Shown: positions 57,607-64,000 of the stretch, one piece after another
How the letters are laid out: each line of letters starts with the position of its first letter
Position numbering within the stretch: the first letter of the stretch is position 1
DNA from: a virus
Virus record (IMG/VR): IMGVR_UViG_3300032401_000008
Location: 3,858 to 67,857 of that record
DNA length: 64,000 bases
Reading direction: 5' to 3' (one strand)
Notes under the pieces: model-generated
What the model saw: the letters and a program-made list of their open reading frames with translations, nothing else
What the model was told of the DNA's origin: nothing
Databases searched by the model: none
Made by a program: the position numbers and the translations under genes

Positions 57607-57691
57607 TTTTTTAGCTAACAACCCCTCTAAAATTAATCCCCTCCAAAACCCAAAATCTTGTGTATATTACCTTTAGAACTCAGGAGCACGC

Positions 57692-58600
57692 ATGGCAAAA
57701 ACTTTAGTTTTTGGTGATATTATTGTAGATAAGTACACTTATTGTAAAACAAAAAGAACGTCAAGAGAAGCCCCTATTTCCATTTTTGAAAAAGAAAAAC
57801 AGGAACTTAAACTAGGTGGAGCAGCAAACGTTGCTGCTAATATAAAATCTTTAGGTGGAAACCCTGTTTTATTTGGAATTATCGTAGATGATGAATATGG
57901 AAAATTTGTAATAGACACATTAAACAAATTAGAAATACCCTTTATAGGTATTATTCTTAATAAAAATGAAAATATTCAAACTATAGTAAAAGAAAGATTT
58001 TGTAACGAAAATAAGCACTTATTTAGGGTTGACTCAGGAATACCTTTTGATCCCAGTTTTTTTTCATTAGAAGATATTACAAAATGCTTAACAAAATTTG
58101 AAACAGCACTACAAAACGTATCATCTTTAGTTGTATCTGATTACGGATATAAAACAATCGAGTTAGTTTCTATTCCAATAATAAATAAACTGTATGCTAA
58201 ATACAATATTCCAGTTTTCGTGGATTCCCGATATCAAATTAATAAGTTTAATTCTGTACACACCCTTCTTCCAAGTGTAGAAGATTTAAGTTTAGACTCA
58301 GGTGACAACGTAGTAAATTTTTGTAAAAAACTAATACTAGAATCCAACAGTAATTATTTACTACTAAAAGCAGGAAAAAACGGGTTACTTTTATTTACAA
58401 AAGAAAAAGAAATTTATAAGTCTACAAGTAAGTCCAACGTTGTGGTGGACTCGTGCGGTGCTGGGGATTCAGTACTTGCCGCTTGGGTTGTAGCTACACT
58501 AGAAAATAAATCCAACGAAGAAAAGTTAACTTTTGCTCAAGAAGCTGGAGATGAAAAAGTAAAATTTTGGGGAACGCATGCTGTAAAATTGGGAGAGTAA
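57692..58600 (+). CDS. PfkB-family sugar kinase, RfaE/HldA-like (heptose-7-phosphate kinase domain)
   Basis: VFGDIIVDKY..RTSREAP, LGGAANVAANIKSLG, TIVKER, FRVD, VSDYG, DSCGAGDSV. Confidence 0.85.
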   Translation: MAKTLVFGDIIVDKYTYCKTKRTSREAPISIFEKEKQELKLGGAANVAANIKSLGGNPVLFGIIVDDEYGKFVIDTLNKLEIPFIGIILNKNENIQTIVKERFCNENKHLFRVDSGIPFDPSFFSLEDITKCLTKFETALQNVSSLVVSDYGYKTIELVSIPIINKLYAKYNIPVFVDSRYQINKFNSVHTLLPSVEDLSLDSGDNVVNFCKKLILESNSNYLLLKAGKNGLLLFTKEKEIYKSTSKSNVVVDSCGAGDSVLAAWVVATLENKSNEEKLTFAQEAGDEKVKFWGTHAVKLGE

Positions 58601-58601
58601 A

Positions 58602-58931
58602 GTGTATTATATTGCTTTAGTTACCGAAGAAGAAGGAAGATATTGTATAGATTTTCCGTCTTGTCCTGGCTGCTGCACTTTCATAGAAGGAGACGGAGAT
58701 CTTCAAGAAACAGCCTCAGAAGCGTTAGAAGGTTGGCTTGAGGCCAGTATAGCAGCTAGCTACGTAATATCTTTAGGCTACAATAATTACTATGTAGAAG
58801 AAGGAATATACGAACTTCCTTCAAAAGGTTGTTCTGCGCTTATCCCTATTGCAATTTCTTCGGACGTTGCTGCAAAAGTAGTCGTGTATAAAATTACAAA
58901 AGATAATTTAAATATAGCAAAGGATTTTTAA
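58602..58931 (+). CDS. HicB-like antitoxin domain protein (orphan)
   Basis: YIALVTEEEGRYCIDFPSCPGCCT....ASEALEGWLE. Confidence 0.65.
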   Translation: MYYIALVTEEEGRYCIDFPSCPGCCTFIEGDGDLQETASEALEGWLEASIAASYVISLGYNNYYVEEGIYELPSKGCSALIPIAISSDVAAKVVVYKITKDNLNIAKDF

Positions 58932-58933
58932 TA

Positions 58934-61258
58934 ATGCTTAATCCGCTAGCAGAAAAAATTTTAAAGTCTAAATACTTACAAGAAAAAGATACCTGTGCAA
59001 ATGACATTTTTACTCGTGTAGCAAAAGTTGCTGCTATTGTGGATGTTATAGAAGCGCATTTAGTTCCACCAAGTTTGTTTGAAGAGTACCAAGAGCTTGC
59101 ACAACGAGTATATGATCGTAGAAAACTTAAGGCAAAAAAGAATAAAAATATAAAAGATTTCAAAGGCATTTGGGAAAAAGAAGCTAAAAAATACTATAAT
59201 TTAATTTCTTCTTTAGATTTTATGGCAGCTTCCCCAATACTTCTAAACGCAGGAAAATTAGACAAAAAAGGGATGTTGGCAAGCTGTTTCTTCCTTAGAG
59301 TACAAGATTCTATGGAAGCAATTCTTGACAGAGCAAAAGACGTTGGGTTGATTTCTAAGCTAGGCGGCGGTGTTGGTCTTGACGTTTCCGACCTGAGACC
59401 AAAAGGCTCTACCGTAAAAGGAACAAACGGAAAAAGCAGCGGTCCTGTCTCTTTCCTAAAAGTTTATAACGAAATAGGAAATCAAGTAGAACAAGGTGGT
59501 CTTAGGCGCGCTGCTATGCTTGCCTGCATGTGCTGTGACCATCCAGATATTTTAGACTTCATCATGGCAAAGAAGGAAGAAGGAGTATTCAAAAATTTTA
59601 ATTTTTCTGTTCTTCTTTCTGATCGCTTTATGACACAACTTAAAGACAGTCCTAGTTCTATCTGGATTTGTAATTTTGAAGGCACAGGATATATTATTTC
59701 AAAAAATAGAGAGATCGTTCCTACTTCTGACTATAAAAGCACAGAAAATTACTATTCTATACAAGATATTTGGAATCTTATTATAGAACACGCTCATGCA
59801 AACGGAGAACCTGGAATTTTATTTGATGATACAATTCAAAGAGCAGATCCTTTCAAGGGAAAATACGGAAAACTTTGTGTAAATCCCTGCTCAGAACTAA
59901 CCTTATTGGATGGTGAATCGTGCATTTTAGGCTCTATAAATTTATCAAACATGGTTGAAGAAAAAGAAAATCCTCGTTGTCATATTGAGTATGATAAATT
60001 AGATAAAACTATAGAGCTTGGTGTACGTTTTCTTGACAATATGGTAGATTTAAATTATTATCCGCTTAAAAGTATAGAAGAAACTACATTAAAATTTAGA
60101 AAACTTGGCCTTGGAACAATGGGTTTACATGATTTATTACTAAAACTTGGTTACGCCTACGGAGAAGAATCTAGCGATTTTATTAATGGCCTATACGCAT
60201 ATATACAAGATAAGGCTAGGAAAGCGTCAGAAGAACTAGGAAAGGCTCGTGGTATACCTGCTTCTCTAAAACAAGCGTCAATTGATAGGAGAAATTCAGC
60301 TATAACAACAATTCCCCCAACAGGAACAACAAGCATTATATGTGGGTGCTCTTCTGGTATAGAGCCTGTGTTTCGTTGGGCACATGAACGAAATGACAGT
60401 TACGGAACTCATGAAGTAAAGCATTTTATGCTGGAGAGATTTAAAGTATTACCAGATTATGCTAAAACCGCTGATGAAATTTCAGCAAAAGATCATCTTA
60501 GTGTTTTAGCTGCTGCGCAACGCCATACCGACTCAAGCATATCAAAAACAGTAAACCTTCCAAATTCAGCAACAGTTGAAGACGTTAGTAATACTTACAA
60601 AGAAGCATATTATTACGGTTGTAAATGTGTTACTGTATATAGATCTGGAAGTAGGAAAGAAGAAGTATTAAAAAGTAAAGAAGTTATTACTGAAGAAGTA
60701 AAAGAGTACGCTACTGAAAACAGCAACACTGAACACGATCAACCTTTAACCGAAATTACAATTAGAAAGCGGCCACCTATATTATTTGGTGCAACTTATG
60801 AATTAAACACGCCGGGAGGAAAAGCCTTTATAACTATAAATGAAGACAATAAAGGTATTAGAGAATGTTTTATAACTGTATCCAAAGCAGGATCTGAAAT
60901 AGCAAGCCATGTTGCAGCAATTGGTAGACTTATATCAAATTCATTACAATATAATGTTCCAATTGAAACATTAATAGAACACCTAAAAGGACAAAAATCT
61001 ACTCCCGTTTGGGTAAACGGACAATTAATTTGTTCTGTTGAGGATGCTATAGGAAAGGCATTAGAAGATTATAAATGGCGTTATGTAGGCTTTAGTGAAC
61101 TTATAGAAAAAGAAGCCCGCCCTCTTGGAAAGCCCGGAGAAGAAAAAAACGCAGAAAAAGAGTCTGGAGATACCTGTCCAGAGTGTGGAAATAATCTTAG
61201 ACAGGAATCTGGTTGTTCAACGTGCTACGAATGTGGTTTTTCAAAGTGTGGTGGTTAA
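58934..61258 (+). CDS. nrdJ: class II (B12-dependent) ribonucleotide reductase with TSCPD and Zn-ribbon domains
   Basis: SPILLNAG..SCF, GGGVG, QGGLRRAA, NPCSE, CILGSINL, PPTGTTS, SISKTVN, CPECG..CYECGFSKC. Confidence 0.93.
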   Translation: MLNPLAEKILKSKYLQEKDTCANDIFTRVAKVAAIVDVIEAHLVPPSLFEEYQELAQRVYDRRKLKAKKNKNIKDFKGIWEKEAKKYYNLISSLDFMAASPILLNAGKLDKKGMLASCFFLRVQDSMEAILDRAKDVGLISKLGGGVGLDVSDLRPKGSTVKGTNGKSSGPVSFLKVYNEIGNQVEQGGLRRAAMLACMCCDHPDILDFIMAKKEEGVFKNFNFSVLLSDRFMTQLKDSPSSIWICNFEGTGYIISKNREIVPTSDYKSTENYYSIQDIWNLIIEHAHANGEPGILFDDTIQRADPFKGKYGKLCVNPCSELTLLDGESCILGSINLSNMVEEKENPRCHIEYDKLDKTIELGVRFLDNMVDLNYYPLKSIEETTLKFRKLGLGTMGLHDLLLKLGYAYGEESSDFINGLYAYIQDKARKASEELGKARGIPASLKQASIDRRNSAITTIPPTGTTSIICGCSSGIEPVFRWAHERNDSYGTHEVKHFMLERFKVLPDYAKTADEISAKDHLSVLAAAQRHTDSSISKTVNLPNSATVEDVSNTYKEAYYYGCKCVTVYRSGSRKEEVLKSKEVITEEVKEYATENSNTEHDQPLTEITIRKRPPILFGATYELNTPGGKAFITINEDNKGIRECFITVSKAGSEIASHVAAIGRLISNSLQYNVPIETLIEHLKGQKSTPVWVNGQLICSVEDAIGKALEDYKWRYVGFSELIEKEARPLGKPGEEKNAEKESGDTCPECGNNLRQESGCSTCYECGFSKCGG

Positions 61259-61262
61259 TTCC

Positions 61263-62153
61263 ATGTTTACAAAACCCATGTTAGCAAGTTCAGTTGAAGA
61301 TCCTGCTAAACTAAACTACCCGCTTATTGCTAGTCCTAAGCTGGACGGTATAAGGTTTATCAAGCTCAACGGTCAAGGGCTTACTAGAAAACTCAAGCCT
61401 ATTAGAAACAACTACGTTCGTAAGACCCTGGAAGAACTATGCCCAAACGGTATAGACGGGGAGCTTATGGCTGGTGACACTTTTAATGCTTGTACTAGCG
61501 CTGTAATGTCAGAAGAAGGCGAACCTAGTTTTACTTTATGGGTTTTTGATTTAGTTTTAAGTAGCTTGTCTAAACCATACAGTGTAAGGCTCAAGGATTT
61601 AATTAACACCGTGAACGCTCTTGATGCCCCTTTCGTCAAGGCTGTTCCAACAAAAATTATCAATAATTATACAGAATTATTAGTTTTTGAAAAGGAATGT
61701 TTAGCAAGGGGTTTTGAAGGTATTATGCTACGGGATCCAAACGGACCTTATAAATGCGGACGAGCAACCAAACGTGAAGGATGGTTGTTAAAACTTAAAC
61801 GGTTTGAGGATAGTGAAGCTATCGTTATTGGATTTGAAGAACAGATGCACAATCAAAATGAAGCACAAGTAAATGAATTGGGATATACAAAGCGTAGTTT
61901 ATCTAAGGTAGGTATGGTACAAGCGGGTACACTAGGTGCGTTCATAGCAAGAGACGAAAAGCGTTTTCCAGGAGTAGAATTAAGGATTGGAACAGGTAAA
62001 GGTCTAACGGCAGCTTTGCGTCAAGAAATTTGGGATAACAAAGAATCGTATGTAGGTAAAATAATTACTTATAGGTTCCAAGAAATAGGAACTCAGAATG
62101 CTCCACGGTTGCCAATTTGGAAAGGCTTTCGTCATCCTGACGATGCAGAGTAA
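61263..62153 (+). CDS. ATP-dependent DNA ligase
   Basis: KPMLA, SPKLDGIR, DGEL, EGIMLR, LLKLK, PRLP; start moved to ATG 61263, after the RNR stop. Confidence 0.92.
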   Translation: MFTKPMLASSVEDPAKLNYPLIASPKLDGIRFIKLNGQGLTRKLKPIRNNYVRKTLEELCPNGIDGELMAGDTFNACTSAVMSEEGEPSFTLWVFDLVLSSLSKPYSVRLKDLINTVNALDAPFVKAVPTKIINNYTELLVFEKECLARGFEGIMLRDPNGPYKCGRATKREGWLLKLKRFEDSEAIVIGFEEQMHNQNEAQVNELGYTKRSLSKVGMVQAGTLGAFIARDEKRFPGVELRIGTGKGLTAALRQEIWDNKESYVGKIITYRFQEIGTQNAPRLPIWKGFRHPDDAE

Positions 62154-62163
62154 TATTTAACGT

Positions 62164-62475
62164 TTGGAGTTCGACATGGCTAATTACGGAATATCTTGTA
62201 GATGTCCTCTTAGGAGAGAAGAACTTCCCCTCCTCCCTTGTGATTGTTCACAATGTTCCTGGGCCATAAAAGATACTTTTTACAAAAATTGTTTTTGGGT
62301 TTTAGCTGAACAGCTCTTAGATAATCCTCAACAATTAAGCATTGAAGATATTGCTAAGTTAGAAGGAATAACCCCTGATGAGGTTAACACTATTATAGAA
62401 AAAGCGATACATAAAATGCGAAAAACGACAAGGCTTTGGGAAGATTATTCCCTACAGGATTGTGCCGATGTGTAA
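62164..62475 (+). CDS. Cys-rich protein with sigma-70 region-4-like HTH
   Basis: LSIEDIAKLEGITPDEVNTIIEKAIHKMRK; CRCP..CDCSQC..NCFW; likely ATG at 62176. Confidence 0.65.
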   Translation: MEFDMANYGISCRCPLRREELPLLPCDCSQCSWAIKDTFYKNCFWVLAEQLLDNPQQLSIEDIAKLEGITPDEVNTIIEKAIHKMRKTTRLWEDYSLQDCADV

Positions 62476-62941
62476 TATAGACCCAATAGAAGCACATATT
62501 CAACTTGAAACGGCTCTTCTTCAGGCTGAAAATGAAAAGCTAAAGACTTGGGTAAAAGAGAGTAAAACACAACCAACCTGTTGCGTTTGTGGTGCCCCTA
62601 TTTCTAATGTAAGTGTACAGCGCATGTTAAGAACTTTTTTGTGGCACAGTAGGGAATGCTTTAGGCATAAACCTAAAAAAATAATTGCTTTAGAAAGAGC
62701 TTTTGGGTGTGACATTGTAGAGGTATTGAAAATTACTACAAGACGATATCAAAATATACAGGCTCAATGCAGTGCGTTAGACATATCAATTCCGTATCTA
62801 TATATGATAATTCGTAAATATTGTGGATCTGACTATATTGGCTTTTTTGTAAAAAACTCTATTGGAAAAAGAAAAGAAACTTATCAAAAAAAATGTAATT
62901 CAAATAAACTTACGTATCCTCCCAAACCAATTAAAAATTAA
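62462..62941 (+). CDS. Zn-finger plus HTH putative regulator
   Basis: CCVCG..HSREC; NIQAQCSALDISIPYLYMIIRKY. Confidence 0.5.
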   Translation: MPMCNIDPIEAHIQLETALLQAENEKLKTWVKESKTQPTCCVCGAPISNVSVQRMLRTFLWHSRECFRHKPKKIIALERAFGCDIVEVLKITTRRYQNIQAQCSALDISIPYLYMIIRKYCGSDYIGFFVKNSIGKRKETYQKKCNSNKLTYPPKPIKN

Positions 62942-63040
62942 ACGTATTTTATACACACTTGTTAAATAACTTCTATTTATTATGTGTTATTCTTTTGTCA
63001 AAATGCACCAATTTATCCTATTTGTAGGAAGGAAAAGATA

Positions 63041-63793
63041 ATGGACCCCAAAAGAGCTAAAAGACTCCAAGCCGTTAGCCATAAAGTAAATCACCACCAG
63101 AATCTCGCTACAAAAGAAGCACTTGCAGCAGTGCGTTCAAAACTACGAGAACGCGGGTATAGAGCTGATATGCAATTTGCGGTTACGGCGCATCAATCAA
63201 CTGGGCGTGTAAATGCTGAACTTAGGTTCGAGCCTGAACTCGGCCACCCAGATGAGCATGATCTCGTAGCCTTAGTAGCTCAGGAAATGCCTGACTATGA
63301 AATAGAGTGGGAAACCATTAACGTAGACCCGAGCATGGGCGTTATCTACCTGAATCTAGAACCTTCGGTAGAGATGGTTCCTATAAAAAGCATGAGTGAT
63401 ATTCCAAGCGAGTTCGTCTCGATTGGAACTGCCTTGTATAAACGAGCCAGCACACCCTCCAGTGATTCTTATGAAATCTGGTCTCTAAAAAAGACTGATA
63501 ATGGTCTTGCTCTATTCAATACAAAAGAAACCGTTGTCACTGCAGAAGATGAATCACAGGGTTACAAATCTGGTGACGTTGTAAACACTCCTTATGGTCC
63601 AGGTAAAGTAGTTCGTTTTGATGACCTAGGAAACGCTTTCGTACAGATTGGGAAAACTGTTCGCCTAGTAGCAGAAAAAGACATGGGCGAGTATTCCATT
63701 TCAAAAGAAAAGCAAAAACTGGCCGACTTTTATGCTCAAATTTACGGGCCGGAATACGCAGCACTTCTAGTAAAAGAGTACGGCGAGAAATAA
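63041..63793 (+). CDS. hypothetical protein with C-terminal SH3-like beta barrel, candidate virion protein
   Basis: AGGAAGG SD then MDPKRAKRLQAV; YKSGDVVNTPYGPGKVV. Confidence 0.55.
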   Translation: MDPKRAKRLQAVSHKVNHHQNLATKEALAAVRSKLRERGYRADMQFAVTAHQSTGRVNAELRFEPELGHPDEHDLVALVAQEMPDYEIEWETINVDPSMGVIYLNLEPSVEMVPIKSMSDIPSEFVSIGTALYKRASTPSSDSYEIWSLKKTDNGLALFNTKETVVTAEDESQGYKSGDVVNTPYGPGKVVRFDDLGNAFVQIGKTVRLVAEKDMGEYSISKEKQKLADFYAQIYGPEYAALLVKEYGEK

Positions 63794-63829
63794 TTAGTTC
63801 TCCTACTCCTTCTGCTAGGGAGACAGTTC

Positions 63830-64000
63830 ATGCCTAAAGGTTCTTTTCAAAAAGCTGCTCCCGAGCGTCCCCCAAAGGAATGGTGGGATCGAATGGAAAA
63901 AAAGGTTCGTGAAGGAAACCCTGATTATTCTGATGAGCAGGTAAGAAAAACTGTTGGCAGCATTTGGTATCATGAAATGTCTACAGGCAAAAAAAGAGAA
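63830..64000 (+). CDS. partial ORF (runs off window)
   Basis: GGGAG SD; MPKGSFQKAAPERPPKEWWDRMEKKVREGNPDYSDEQVRKTVGSIWYH. Confidence 0.55.
   Translation, partial: MPKGSFQKAAPERPPKEWWDRMEKKVREGNPDYSDEQVRKTVGSIWYHEMSTGKKRE

Noticed and set aside
58934-61258. Inteins or introns in RNR, PolA, DnaB or RecA
   Set aside because: Lengths are normal, with no C/S..HN splice motifs or homing endonuclease inserts.
61125-61262. N-terminal extension of the ligase given in the ORF track
   Set aside because: It overlaps the RNR C-terminus; ligase homology begins at MFTKPMLA (61263).
1-64000. CRISPR array, DGR/retron reverse transcriptase, integrase, transposase or tRNA genes
   Set aside because: No spaced repeat array, RT/integrase/transposase motifs or cloverleaf seen by eye; intergenic gaps are short. 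tRNAscan was not run.
1-64000. Stop-codon reassignment, as in some large phages
   Set aside because: Long conserved genes are intact in code 11, and TAA, TAG and TGA all end genes at sensible positions.

Overview
This 64 kb window looks like part of a large, AT-rich, lytic-type bacteriophage with a contractile tail, read with genetic code 11. Positions 1-20.25 kb are a minus-strand replication and recombination block: SSB-like, RecA, a UDG-PolA fusion, a sigma-like protein, a primase Zn-finger, DnaB, a DnaC-like loader, an SF2 helicase, RuvC, dNMP kinase and an HD hydrolase, with seven glycosyltransferases embedded. A ~550 bp divergent intergenic region with hairpins follows. Positions 20.8-43 kb are a plus-strand neck/tail/baseplate/fibre operon with a -1 frameshifted tail chaperone. 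Positions 43-46.8 kb are a short minus-strand block (gp25-like wedge, ART-HTH, DUF5661, candidate internal proteins). Positions 47.5-57.6 kb are a more GC-rich lectin/LamG fibre-decoration island. The window ends with a heptose-7P-kinase-like gene, an orphan HicB-like gene, class II RNR, an ATP ligase and regulators. No head or terminase genes, tRNAs, CRISPR arrays, integrase or RT were recognised. The most striking observation is that four adjacent baseplate genes (36650-39802) appear to carry complementary, out-of-order fragments of one jelly-roll carbohydrate-binding domain and one beta-helix, which suggests assembly by inter-chain fold complementation. All product calls come from motif recognition by eye; no database search was run.
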